Shown here: positions 22,613 through 35,349 of the stretch, piece after piece
Numbering within the stretch: position 1 is the stretch's first letter
How the letters are laid out: the number at the start of each line of letters is the position of its first letter
Assembly: GCF_009914755.1 (NCBI RefSeq)
Contig: NC_060939.1
DNA length: 64,000 nucleotides
Direction: 5' to 3' (one strand)
DNA from: the human T2T-CHM13v2.0 reference genome, Homo sapiens
Program-made: the position numbers and the translations under genes
Notes under the pieces: model-generated
Told to the model about the DNA's origin: nothing
What the model saw: only the letters and a program-made list of their open reading frames with translations
Databases searched by the model: none

Positions 22613-23486
22613 CTTGAAGAGAAATATTTGCTTATTTACATAAATTAGTTCTACAGTAATCAAACGACATTTACTTGGAGTCATACATACCACATGTTAG
22701 AACTGTGGACATAACAGGGCTAGTAAACTCAAGACATAACACATCAGGAGTACAAACTAGCAAAGACTTAATTGTTGAATTACATAAAGTCAAATAGTGT
22801 GAGAGGAATTTAACAGGAGAGAAAATAGTTGAAAAACTGCCTGTCTTTTCCATTAAATGGAAAAGACATTTAGCATTCAGGAGAAATGATACCATTAAAT
22901 GGAAAAGACAAATAAAATACCTGAAACCACTTTATAATAAAATTCTAACCAGTTCACACAACCTCTTCAGTTATCCTTAACTTTGGAAACGTTAGAGTGG
23001 TAAGTCAGAAGCACAGTTCATTCATTCCACCTATTTCTCTACACAATCAACTCAGTTTCATAGAATTTATGTTAAGAAGATTAAATGGGCATACTTATGT
23101 TTTTAAATCTATATGAAGTATGAATCCAAACACACAATAGAATCTATCTTTCAATCTCAAGTTTATGACTTCCATTTCTATACTACCTGCACTACCTTTT
23201 TAAGAATGTTCAAAATCTGTTTAATTATTATTGAAGCCTACTATGACAATGTATTTCCAGTCATAATGAAAAACATTTGGCATCAGAAAGGTAGACAGGG
23301 AAAGAAACACAGACTGTTCCCACTTGCTAGTGCACTGGGTCTACCCCAGTACTGTAATCCTTCCCATCCCTGTTGATCATGACTTTTATTCCAGTGATGG
23401 GAGCCTGTACTTTCTAATTCTCTAGTCTTAGCCTAAAGGGAATAAAACAGCAAGGTTAACTGTTAAGGAATAAAATGAGTAACTAC

Positions 23487-23611
23487 CTATGATCTACATC
23501 ACGTGGGCGTTTCAAGGAATTCCTTTTTTCTTGTTCATAACGAAGCTGCTGTTGTTGCCTTCTGAGTTCCTCTCTTTCTCGAGCAATCCGTTCAGCTTCC
23601 TTACGACGTTC
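23487..23611 (-). CDS. SLTM: SLTM exon 16 (125 nt; ERRKEAERIARE...RPRDVDH)
   Basis: 3' part of ORF 23483..23734; ctgaag| acceptor and TAG|gtagtt donor. Confidence 0.93.
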
Positions 23612-24337
23612 CTTCAGACAACACAGAATGAAGAACCAACCAAGGCAAAATGAAAACATAAGATAAGTATACATGCAACCTTGTTTTAATCCTGTTGCTA
23701 AGAAACCATCATAAGCAAAGACCAGGCAAAACACAAACCTATGACACCTAAATTTGATTTCAATAATCTAGGCTGTAGCTATTGTTCTGCAACATTAAAA
23801 ATAACAAGGACTGGGTGGTAAAAGTTGGCAAGTATTTGGGAAAGTCAAGTTTAGTTTAATCATTCGACTAAAACAAAAGCACCTAAAGGGAATTAGAAAT
23901 AGCATTCTTAATATGCATGGAGACTAAGTGCCTTAAAACCCTGAGGTGCAATTCTGCAAAGAGAGGCATTATTTCCTTCCAGCCTTGGGAAATCATTCCC
24001 ACTATAATATGTAAGGAAATCGTTATTATTTTCTAAGACTGGGATAGTGACAGAGCCTGGATTACAACTACTCTGGACTCATAGTCCTATGCTCAGACTA
24101 TTAGGCTGCCATGATATTGCAGAGCTAGAATTATTACCAGTTATCTAGAACAAAGTCACTACTAATTCTATTTTTAACTAGTACCTAATTCACTGTTATC
24201 TTTCAGGGACACTTAAAAGCTCCTTAGCTAAACTCATTCTATAGACGCTTTACAACAAGTAAAGCAAGTTTTAGGGCTAAAATCACAGAGTCTGAAAAAG
24301 GTGAGTTATTTAAGATGAAAAGATTTTCTGACTGCAC

Positions 24338-24518
24338 CTGTTCAATACGAATGCGTTCCCTTTCCAAGCGTTCGCGTTCCATTCTCTCTCTCTCTAGTTT
24401 TTGCCTTTCAATTTCTAGGCGCTCTCTCTCTCTCTGTAAGCGTTCCCGTTCTTCCCGTTCACGAATTATTCTAATGCGTTCTCGCTCTCGACGCTCTCTC
24501 TCTGCAATCTCTCTTCGT
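24338..24518 (-). CDS. SLTM: SLTM exon 15 (181 nt; Arg/Glu-rich coiled coil REIAERERRERER...RIRIEQ)
   Basis: RE-dipeptide-rich frame typical of the SAFB family; AG/GT boundaries. Confidence 0.94.
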
Positions 24519-25198
24519 CTACCAAAAATCAGTATTTAGAAATACTTAAATTATGCTAGCACTGTGTGAAAGAGAATAGCTTTGAATTTGAATTTTTCCT
24601 TGAGGTTGGCAATTTTAAATTTCAACTCAATCTAAGTAGTTTTAATGTAATTGGAAAGAGAATTCAAAGTAAAACTTTAAACAGATCCCAATATTTTCAC
24701 TTATCTATAAATAAGACTGTCAACTGAGCAGCTAAATTTTATAATATAGAGTAGTTGCCTCTTAGATGATTCCTGTTTAAATAAAAATTACTATAATAGT
24801 CCATTAATTAATTGACATTTTAGAAGGATGTAATCTGCATATGTAAATTTACAAAACTACAACTTCCAACACTTGTTTTTGATGGAAAAAGCTCTAATCC
24901 CTATTATATATTCTATTGTATCTCCTTAAACAAGTACATACTTTGATGATTTGGGATCATAACAATGAACATCAATAATAGCAAATACTACATATAACAA
25001 AATGGTGTCCTTAAGGGCTATTTTGGAATGTTTACTATCCTATAATAGATGGCTCCAGGTAACATGCTTTTCTGAGTCAGAGGTAGTTCAATTGTTCACT
25101 GAACTGAATTGTTATTGTATTAGACTTTTAATGTTATTTTCTTACTGTAAGGTAGTCAGCATCCTTTTCTGTCATCAGCATGTCTTTCTCTAGTAACC

Positions 25199-25966
25199 CA
25201 GTGGTTCTCAATGGGTCAGTACTATTTCTACAGAAATCAATGGGATATTTTTAATTATCACAATGACCATGGGGCAGATACTAGTGTTTAGTGTATGAGG
25301 ATGAAGGTATCTAAGTATCTTATTGATGCATGGAATAGTGAGGATAGTCGTACACAACAAGAACCATCCAACACCTCTCATACCTTTCAGATGCCACAAC
25401 GGACATGCACACCATTAAAAACAACCAAACACCTTAAGCAAAAATAATATGTCAGTCTAGAACTCAACCCCATTTTTAATAAATACTGTTTGCTTTGATA
25501 TTACTTCTATAATCTAGAATTTCCAATAATGCAACTCCATATAAATAGAAGGAAAATTATACTTTCTTGCGACTTTTACCAAGAGTTGCTCACCATTTCA
25601 GAAATCATGTCATAATGTCAACACTACTTCTGGTATTTACTAACCAATACAACATATTAAATGACATACAACGTCAGTCTGTATTTGAAGCTGTCCCATT
25701 CTCAGTGAGTCTAAATAGGGATGCAAACATCTGACTACTTCATTAAGTCATGCCTAAACCTTCATATCTGGAATACATATTTTTATTATAAATTACTTTT
25801 ATTTCTCCTTTATATTATAGTTAAGCCATTACATTTTTTTCTTTTTTTGAAATTGTTAGTATAGCTTAAGTATGTTATACATCAATTTCATTTCAGGAGA
25901 GTAAAGGCATTGCAACTTTTTTTAATATAAAAGGGAATTTGGTCACATAGGGTTTGAGAATCACTG
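25199..25966. mobile_element. MER20-family hAT-Charlie DNA transposon with terminal inverted repeats
   Basis: TIRs cagtggttctcaa / ttgagaatcactg (12/13 match). Confidence 0.75.
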
Positions 25967-26589
25967 GTCTAGTTGCTCCTCAATCCCACTCTCCTCTCAA
26001 TCTGTTGTCAACTAAATACACAGGAAGCTAGGCACATTTGGACTTCATCTTAAAAAAGAGAAAATGGGTTCTATGTGCTACAAGGATTACTTCCTTTTAG
26101 TAAAGTTGTGTGTCAATTATTGTACAGAATAATCTAAGTTGCTAAAAGTATCTCTGGTAGTTCCTAACGCTGTCGTCAATGAATGGATGAAATCCCATGA
26201 TAAGTAACCCCTGGACAAGACAGCTTAACATTTGAAATAATATACTATAAAACACACCCACAAGACTATTTTAAGTGGCATCCAAAAATTGATATACAAA
26301 AGTAAACTGACACTCGTGAACTGTTGAGATATGGCCACTAAAAATGGAAACATCTTGCTTTGTTTATATTTTCCGTTTGTTTTAAAGAGAATGCTTGCTT
26401 TGGGATATAATCCGAATACCATTAGGCTCACAGGGCAAATCTTCCTTCTCTTAGGCACTAATGCAAACAATAAATTTTTGCTAAATTTGTTAAAATTTCA
26501 GATTACAGTATTTGAACACTGTAGCTACTTTGAAACTATCTTATCTCAAATTTTTCCTTTAAAGTCATGTTTTTTATGGCAGCAGCTTT

Positions 26590-26810
26590 GGTGTTGAGGA
26601 AAGAGCATTGGACTTGGAGTCAGAAGACTTGGGTCTGAGTCCCGACTCTGCCACTTGTTAGCCATGTGGCCATTGGAAGAGTCATTTAGCCTCTCTGGGC
26701 CTCCATTTTTTTCAATTGTATAATGGGCATAACTAGCCTTACAGAACTGTTGAGTTGGAGACAACAGATGGAAAAGCACTTTGTAAATTGTAAAGTGCTA
26801 TGCAAACTTA
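26590..26810 (+). mobile_element. MIR SINE
   Basis: ggagtcagaagacttgggtctgagtcccgactctgccactt...gcctctctgggcctcc core. Confidence 0.8.
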
Positions 26811-26953
26811 AGAAATCATTAGATGCTACCGTAACTTCTTTAAGGTGGCAAACAGTTTTCTGTGGGAATACAATTTCCAGAAATATGGCTTACAACTAGT
26901 GTTAAATATTTACCTATATTTAAAGACAGGTATAAAACAGACTCTCTTCCTAC

Positions 26954-27117
26954 CTTCGAAGTTCCATTGCTCGTCGCAGCCTTTCAAAACGAACTAAATG
27001 TTCTCTCAACCTTTGTTCCTTCATCTTTTCAAAAGGCAAGATCTCTTTCCTTCTGTAGTCTTTATCTCTTTTTTTATCTAGACTAGCTCTCTCCTTTTCC
27101 TTACTTCTTCCATGAAT
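26954..27117 (-). CDS. SLTM: SLTM exon 14 (164 nt; IHGRSKEKER...RRAMELR)
   Basis: tttttctacag| acceptor and AAG|gtagga donor. Confidence 0.92.
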
Positions 27118-27335
27118 CTGTAGAAAAAAATTAGAAGAACACTAGAAATTAAAATATTTTGGGGCTTTATTTTTCAAGTTTAGTAGGTCATTTAAAAAGT
27201 TCAAATGACTAGTAACATTTCCTTTTTCTTGGGTTTGCTAGCATGCAAGTACGCAAAGATGGTTATGGAAAAACAGAATTATCTTCTTTTGTAAACAGCT
27301 GAAGTAGTATACAACCATCCTGATCAGAGACTTAC

Positions 27336-27421
27336 TTTCTCATATCTTCCTCTTCTTGATGGTCTACAATGATCTCCTTTAGTTTGGTCTAGTATTACCA
27401 TATGTCCTGGACTCTTGGAAC
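27336..27421 (-). CDS. SLTM: SLTM exon 13 (86 nt; SKSPGHMVILDQTKGDHCRPSRRGRYEK)
   Basis: tttcccttag| acceptor and AAA|gtaagt donor. Confidence 0.92.
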
Positions 27422-27877
27422 CTAAGGGAAAAAAATTATATAAAACAATGTCTAAAATTTTTCATTGAGAAAGAAAATATGTATGTAAAAATGCTAAATT
27501 CTGATAGTCACACACCAATACATGAAATAAAAAAACTACTTATTCTACAAGAACTTCAATGCAAAGAGTTTTTTAAACAGTTCAGTCTGCTAACATAAAT
27601 ACTTTCAGTGATACCAAAAGATCCTAATTCAATAGTACTAATCAATGACCATTTTAAGTCAGCCCAGAATAGCAAAGGAGCTTAGCTGGAAGAATACATT
27701 TGTTTGTTTCCCCAGAGTAGAAAAGAAGACAATTACTCCTACTAGACCTCCTTTCCTACCACAATGACACCTAACAACAAAGCTTACATCTGGATTAGAA
27801 TTTCAGGTTTTCCCTTCCACTGTAAAAATTAAGTAGTAGAATGCATTAGAAAGGGATTGAAAAGATGTATAGCATAC

Positions 27878-28044
27878 TTATTCGCTTCTTTTCTTCACTT
27901 TTTTTAATCGATTCTGATGTTTGGCCACTTGCTCCATTATCATTCTTCTCATCTTTACCTTCTATTTTCTTAGTATCCTTGCTTTCTTTTTTTTCAGATT
28001 TCTCAGACGATCTTTTCTCTTCTTTTTTGACAGAGGCTTGTGTC
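27878..28044 (-). CDS. SLTM: SLTM exon 12 (167 nt; TQASVKKEEK...EEKKRI)
   Basis: ORF 27846..28088; gtcag| acceptor and TAA|gtatgc donor. Confidence 0.92.
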
Positions 28045-28146
28045 CTGACCATACCGCCCCAGACAAAAAAACAGAATGAGTACTTCATAATGTACCAAAA
28101 AAGTCTATCTGCTTATCAAAATAAATAAATAAAAATAAATCCTTAC

Positions 28147-28250
28147 TTGCTACTTCTATCACTCGTATTTTTTTTATCTCCAGAACTTCTTGAACTACTC
28201 TTTTCATCATTTTCTTTCTTCATTTCTTTCTTAGAGGGATCACCTTTTAC
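28147..28250 (-). CDS. SLTM: SLTM exon 11 (104 nt; VKGDPSKKEMKK...DRSSK)
   Basis: cctttcag| acceptor and CAA|gtaagg donor; frame consistent. Confidence 0.92.
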
Positions 28251-28489
28251 CTGAAAGGTTCGAACCAGAAAAACAATTTGTACATATGGTTACATTTTTG
28301 TGATTATAAGAAGTGTGCTAATGGCAGAAAATTTGGAAACGATAGGAAAAATATAAGGAGAGTAAAAACTACAAATACATAAAAATTAAAAATCACTGCA
28401 AATTCTACTCCCTGCTACTGTTAACAGCTATGAGTTGAGAACTAGCCATCAAATTAGACTTGCTTTGATAAACAGTTAGGGAAGCTTAC

Positions 28490-28639
28490 TTTTTCAACAG
28501 AAATCAGCTGTCCATGCAGCTCAGTGCGATGAAGATGTGCAATACACCTGGACACCTCTGTGCTTGAAGACATAGTTACAATGCCATAGCATTTTGCCCC
28601 AGGACTTCGAGCATTTGTAACTACTTTTGCACTCAGAAC
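28490..28639 (-). CDS. SLTM: SLTM exon 10 (150 nt; [23 protein letters not shown]...ISVEK), RRM second half with RNP1
   Basis: RNP1-like KCYGIVTM; ttttatag| acceptor and AAA|gtaagc donor. Confidence 0.95.
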
Positions 28640-28699
28640 CTATAAAATCAGACTGTACTTTAGAGAGTTTTACAACGTTCCAAGTACACAGACTTCTAA

Positions 28700-29102
<403 letters not shown>

Positions 29103-30334
29103 TAGTAAATATTCAGGGGAACAATTTAAAGTGCCAAAAAGCAATTTAACCTTTTTATATTTATTTCCTCCCCTCAAATATGTAGCCAAAACACAATCTC
29201 ATCAATGAAGTAATGGCACAATTAATAAAAGCAAATAAATTGGATTTGAACCAAAATATCCCTATCATAGGCCCACCCTGAATGTCTTTAGAGAAAGTTT
29301 CTAGTATTTTATTGATGAGTGTTAACACTTTTCTATAATGAGTAAAGAACCAATCACATATAAAAAAGCGGACTTAAAAATGCATCCCCCGAAAAACACC
29401 CTAAAGCTTGAAAGACAACACTTTCAATCTATGTGCTTTTAAAACGTATATGAACATGACAAATAATTGCAATTGTGTAAGATGGTTAGTTAAGAGAGAC
29501 AAAGCAGGGATGGATGAGTGAGAAGAAAAGAGAGAGAACGATTCGGTGCTGAACAAAGAAGAGTAAAGACATAAAGCTGGGAAGAAGTAAACAGGAAAAT
29601 CAGGAGTTTTATGGTATGGGTGGCTGGAACAAATCAACTTTTACCTCAACCCTAGGAAAGGCTGATTTGCTCCATAGCCATTTATTTTTTAACTCCACGG
29701 GTCTTCTTACCAAATAAATGGTATCCTCATATAGTTTTACTACTAATAAATACCAACATTAAAATATTGTTTTCACATCTCTAACAATACATTATTGAAA
29801 ACAGAAGAAAAAATATAACACAGCCTATCATGGGACTACAATTCTCAGTGTTCTATTTCTGACACCTACAAGAACCTCCTTTACACTCAGGCAACTCACT
29901 AATTGAAGCAGGAAAAAAACCCTCCAAAAATCAAGAGGACAGGTTTTGGTAATATTAATGGCTATTTACCAATAATGGTCACTAATTCAGTAATTTCAAT
30001 ATCTGAAAGCCTATCATGTGCACATGAAGTACACTAAATAAGGTCCCTGACCTCAAAAAGCTTACACTGGAGTACATTAACTATTTGATGTATATGAAAA
30101 ACTATAATGTAAGTAGACAGTATTGAGAGCCGTCAGGGATGCGGCTCACAATTCAAAGCATTTGTTATTAATTGAGTATTCTTTGACTACTCCTTCTCTT
30201 CCTTTAGGTCTCCCCTTAACTGCCAGAGAAACTTTTCCTGATGAACTAACCACAGGAAAGCCTCCCCTTTTTAACACCTGTGTACTTTTCCTTCACAAGA
30301 CTTATAACAACTTCTGATTAGGTTTATATATTTA

Positions 30335-30634
30335 GGCGTGGTGCGATGGCTCACACCTGTAACCCCAGCACTTTGGGAGGCTGAGACTGGTGGATCACCT
30401 GAAGCCAGGAGTTTGAGATCAGCCTGGCCAACATAGTGAAAAACTCATCTCTACTAAAAATACAAAAATTAGCCCAGTGCAGTTGCTCATGCCTGTAATC
30501 CCAGTTACTAGGTAGGCTTGAGGCATGAGAATCGTTTAAACTTGGGAGGCAGAGGTCGCAGTGAGCCCACATCACGCTGCTACACCCCAGCCTGGGTGAC
30601 ACAGTGAGACTGTGTCTCAAAAAGAAAAAAAAAA
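30335..30634 (+). mobile_element. Alu
   Basis: Alu consensus match. Confidence 0.9.
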
Positions 30635-31172
30635 GTTTATATATAAACTTAATGTAGATATATGTTTATATATAACTTTATATAAGTTTAAACCATTCTC
30701 ATGCCTATATATATAGCCAGTTTTATATTTTTCTCCATTACTGGACTAGAAATCTGTAACAAGGATCATATCTGGTTCTCCCCAGGCCCCCGTGAATTAT
30801 GTATCCCACTGACTAATAATAGTCTAAATATAAATGTATTTTCAAGATGTCCAAATCAGGCTCAGCAATATGCTAGATCCCAAGCTACGTGCTACAAAGT
30901 ATCATGATGAATAAACTTATTAGTCCTTGGCTTAAATAGGTTTAAAGTTTGGAATACAAAGATTCCCAAGGCTCAGAGAGAGATTAAATGATGAAATGCT
31001 ATTTATCCCCTAACTCTCATCTACCATTACCACAGAACTCAATAATTATGTCTATTAACAGTCCTAAGAGATACAATAAATTAGAAGATATTCATGTAAT
31101 ACTATTTAGAATACAATCCTCATTTCAAATGCAGACACCAGAAAGACAGATAAAAAGGTAAAAAGAATGTAC

Positions 31173-31291
31173 CTTTCCATATTTGCCAAAGAGGTTCTTC
31201 AAATCAGCAGCTTTGGTATTAGATGAAAGTCCACTAACCCAGATATTTTTAGTTGAGCTTCCACTGCTACCACTAGTACTACTTGTACTTC
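31173..31291 (-). CDS. SLTM: SLTM exon 9 (119 nt; ...[26 protein letters not shown]), RRM first half with RNP2
   Basis: RNP2-like IWVSGL as in SAFB-family RRMs; AG/GT boundaries. Confidence 0.95.
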
Positions 31292-32864
31292 CTAGAATAG
31301 ATTTAATATCAGATGTTTAAGTATCTCAATCAGAATCTTTATACAAAACTATAAGGGCCACATTCTTTCAAAACTATAATTTTGATAGTATGACGTTACT
31401 ATATCAAAATCCTGTGAGTTTACTATTATTGAAATCAAACAGACAACATGACTAGTGAGGGGAAAAAATCTGAACGTATGTACATTTCCTATTGTATGAG
31501 TTCTAAGTTGAAGAGGGTAAAAAAATCAATTACATGTCTCAGACTTTTGCTGTTCAGTTTTAATAATTTATAGTCTACCACTGCACTGAATAGAGACAAC
31601 TAGGAAGCAGTCATTTAGGAATGAACAGACTGTTTAGTTGCCACATCTGCTGTGGGCTTTAGATCCTTAGAAATTGAAATGGAAGAAGAAAAAAGTCAGA
31701 GCAAGGTATACATTTTTCAAGAATTTATATGATTAATAACAAAGACGAACCAACTGGTACACCTTCATTCCATATTAGAGAATAAGTAAGACAAAATGGG
31801 AATTATATGCAGCTGGATAACTCTAGATTCAATAAGAAACAATCTTCTAAAACAAAACAACTACAAGATTAAGATCAGAGGTCTCAAAATCCTTTATAAT
31901 AGGTAAATGATTATATGAATCATTTCTGTACTATGTCACACATAAATTATGGCTTCATATGTATAGAGGCCATATCTTAGGATACAGGCCTAGCCAGTCA
32001 CCCTTTTCTTCAAATGTGCTGTAATAAAAGGGAAATTTTCATTCACTTGACTTTATTTGGAAAATAATTTTTACTCACTTTAAGAGAAACAGTATACAAG
32101 CAATTAAAAGGAACAATTTCTATATTTCACATTCTTTTAAGCAAGACCAACCAATTCATAAATCACATCCTTATGATTTCTAACGATTTAAAATAAACTA
32201 TGGAGGATGCATACAATTCTCCTTTACACATTTAGGAGGTATTTAAAAGCTTTGCAGTACCTGAATGTTTTATTTTCCCTTAAAATCCTTTTCTAGAAAT
32301 TAAGTATTTTTCAAGTAAACACAGCACATGTACAAGATGAAACTACAGCTCATGGGCATGAGATAACCAGAGATTTCTCAGTATCAGAAAGCAACTAAAT
32401 ATTGCACTTTGAAACTTACAAGAATTTAAAAAAAAGAAAAAAGAACACTAGACTCCACAAATACACACAAGTATTATTTAAAGACAGAACAGGAAAAAGG
32501 TTGTGGTGATACACAGTAGTTATAAATGAGTAACAAAAGATAAAATAGTTCTGAAATTATAATGTAAGAAAGTATCTATTAATATTCAACACAGTCCCTT
32601 AGAACACACCAGGTAAGTGTTCCCTAGCTAATGGGTTTTTAACGTACCCCATTACCAGTTTACAAAGTAAGTAAACAGTAACACATCAATCAGTTTTCTG
32701 TAATATATATAATTCCACAGTTTATATAAAGACCATCTCAAGTTTCTAGTCTGTCAATAAAATTTTTAAGGACTAAATGTCAAAGAAAACACCGCGCAAC
32801 TACTACTTTTTAATGAAAATACACAATGTCAACACTGAAATAAATAGGGAAAAAAATTCTTTAC

Positions 32865-32914
32865 CTTTGTCATCTTTAGATGATGTCTTGCTGTCTTTAG
32901 ATTCCTTTGAAGAG
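32865..32914 (-). CDS. SLTM: SLTM exon 8 (50 nt; SSKESKDSKTSSKDDK)
   Basis: cctctttag| acceptor, AAG|gtaaag donor; frame consistent. Confidence 0.92.
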
Positions 32915-33530
32915 CTAAAGAGGCAAATCACCAGAAGAAAATTGAAAACAAAAACAAAAACAAACCCAAAACAGAACAGCTTGATATTTACTATATTTCA
33001 AACTAGTGCTATTCATACAAATTAACAATTCCAAAGGCCTAGATTAGGTTATTTGAACAAATGACTCCCTGAGGATTCTTGCACTGATTTTCCCCAAGAT
33101 GCCTGAAGATCTAGATTTTCTGACAATTCTATTCAGTGGAAATATGGCCATCTTCTCCAGATTTCAGGACTGGGACTTGACTTCATTTTGTGTTCTTAGA
33201 ACTGATAGTTGTTCATTAACCATCATCACAAGGATTTTAAAAAATAAAACACAAAAAAATTGTCAATTTGAAAAAAAAAAACAAAAAACAAAAAACAACA
33301 AAAAAACCAAATATATGCTGACATTCGACAATGCAATCAGTAGAACACACTGCATTATTATGAAGATCTTGAAAATTTTTAAAAGTAACTTATGACGGTC
33401 AAAAATATTATAGGCAGGATCATAAGACACTAATTACTGTACATGTTCTTGAAGCCACCCCCTTAATGTAGAGTGATCTTATTGAATGCTGGAATTCAGT
33501 ATCGTAAAGAACTGACATAGAAAAACAAAC

Positions 33531-33999
33531 CTCTTTGCTTGACCAGAGGCCCCAGTAGACGAGGGCCCTTTCTTCAAAGTATCCTTTTCTTTGTCTCCAG
33601 ATTCTGCTTTCTTAGAACTTTCTCTGGCTTCCTTCTCGACAGGGTCACCCTTCACGCAGTCTTCCTTCTTACCATCTTTATGGTTCGCATTCATCTCATA
33701 ATCCTTGCTTTCCTTCTCCGGGCTCTGTGCAATGGCGTCCTGCCCATCTTTTGGCTTACTTGCTTCAGAATCTGTAATTTTCACATTTTTACCTGTTTCT
33801 AGGAGGTCATCACCATCAAAATCCAGAGTGATGGCATCTTCAGCCTGGATTGTGACCGAGATGTTGTCATCCTCAGCTTCTTTCACAGTCGTATGAGCTT
33901 CCATCTCTTCATGAGCTGTGTGATCAGCCTCAGCTAGGCTCCCTTCTGAAGGAAGAGGTTTAGATACTTCTTGTGTACCATCACCAGAACCTGCTATAT
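33531..33999 (-). CDS. SLTM: SLTM exon 7 (469 nt; DIAGSGDG...GASGQAK); alternative in-frame acceptor at 33945
   Basis: ORF 33479..33904; cctcttag| acceptor, GAG|gtttgt donor. Confidence 0.94.
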
Positions 34000-35321
34000 C
34001 TAAGAGGATTTAACAGGAATAAATATGGCAAAACAAGAAGTTTAAACAATTTCATATTCATAAGCTAGAATAGGACCTAGAAAATATAAAGCCAGTTATT
34101 AGCACTGATGGAAGTTAGGGAAAAAAAAAAAAAACACAAGGGTATTAACTAACATAAACCATCCTTTACCCAGGATCACTTATTCTTCATGGAAAAAATG
34201 ATCTCTACATACAAACACCAAACAACAATAGTGAGAAAATGGTTCCATCCTGAAGATACCAGCTCTTCATTTCTGGTTATAAGTTAATGGCATATGGAAG
34301 ATTTTGTTCCTCCATGTGACAGTGACAAAAGTGCAGATTGTTGTTCAATGCTGGAATTATCCTGGGATTGAACCCTAGTGACCTTCAGAACTCCCATGGT
34401 GACTTCTTGACAGGTAACAGTCTGAGGATATCAATCAGTCTTCAGAGTATTTCAGGGCCCCATCTTTTCCACTCTTCAATGCTTGAGTAGTCCGGATTCG
34501 TAGGGAAAACTGGTACAGAAGGCTCCAAAGATGCTCCTGCTCCGTGACGTTCAGGAAATTGGTTATTTCCAGTCTTCATCCTGTCCAGTCAGTCTGCAAT
34601 TACCGTTTTCAAAGATGTCTTGCATTCCCCCAAAACAGAAAGGCTTCGGGCATGTGAGATTTTCAGTCAGTAGCTTCATTTCATCACTGCTTCTAGGCTT
34701 TTTATTTGCCTTGCTTAACCCTGCTCCATGTCCTTTCTAGTCCAAAGTAGGATCCTTTGACTTCTGTCCAAGGACTCTTCCATAACCTCCTACTGACCAC
34801 ATGTATTGCTACTGTTGCCCCTGTAATTGTATTGAATGAGACAGCTCGTCTAAACTAAAATTGTCAGACGACTGTATGGAAGTTTCTCTAAGCAGCAAAC
34901 ACAAAGTCAGTCTCCTGGTCATTCATCATTTTTAGGACTAGTTGTAAAATTCACTGTGAGTTATGCACTAGGACTCCAATAAGCACACATGAGTTACTGC
35001 AGTGTCAGTCTTAAGAATTTAATCAACTTACCGTATACCAGAAGTTATTTTAAAAATAAAATTAAAATTGGGTTAAATAAAAAATAGCATTGTTCACTAC
35101 AGTAACTGATATGTACTATTAAGTTGCAATATATCTTTAGTGTTCAAAAGAAAATTAAAACCAATTGGAAAATAAAATCAAGATGCTAACTTAATTCACT
35201 AAATGGATAAATTTGAAAATAAACTAATTTCAAAAATAAGATTTCAAATAAGGAGTGCTTTTTACATAATTTACTGTTTTTCTAAATTTTAGCAATTTTT
35301 AAGCTCTAGCATCAAACATAC

Positions 35322-35349
35322 CTTTCTCATTTTCTTCTTCCTCACCATC
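35322..35349 (-). CDS. SLTM: SLTM exon 6 (28-nt microexon; DGEEEENEK)
   Basis: aatttcag| acceptor, AAG|gtatgt donor; needed to keep frame into exon 7. Confidence 0.9.

Noticed and set aside
24315-24539. Plus-strand RS-rich ORF (SR-protein-like)
   Set aside because: Antisense shadow of the RE-rich SLTM exon 15; the same applies to 27865-28128, 33539-33896 and 20976-21452.
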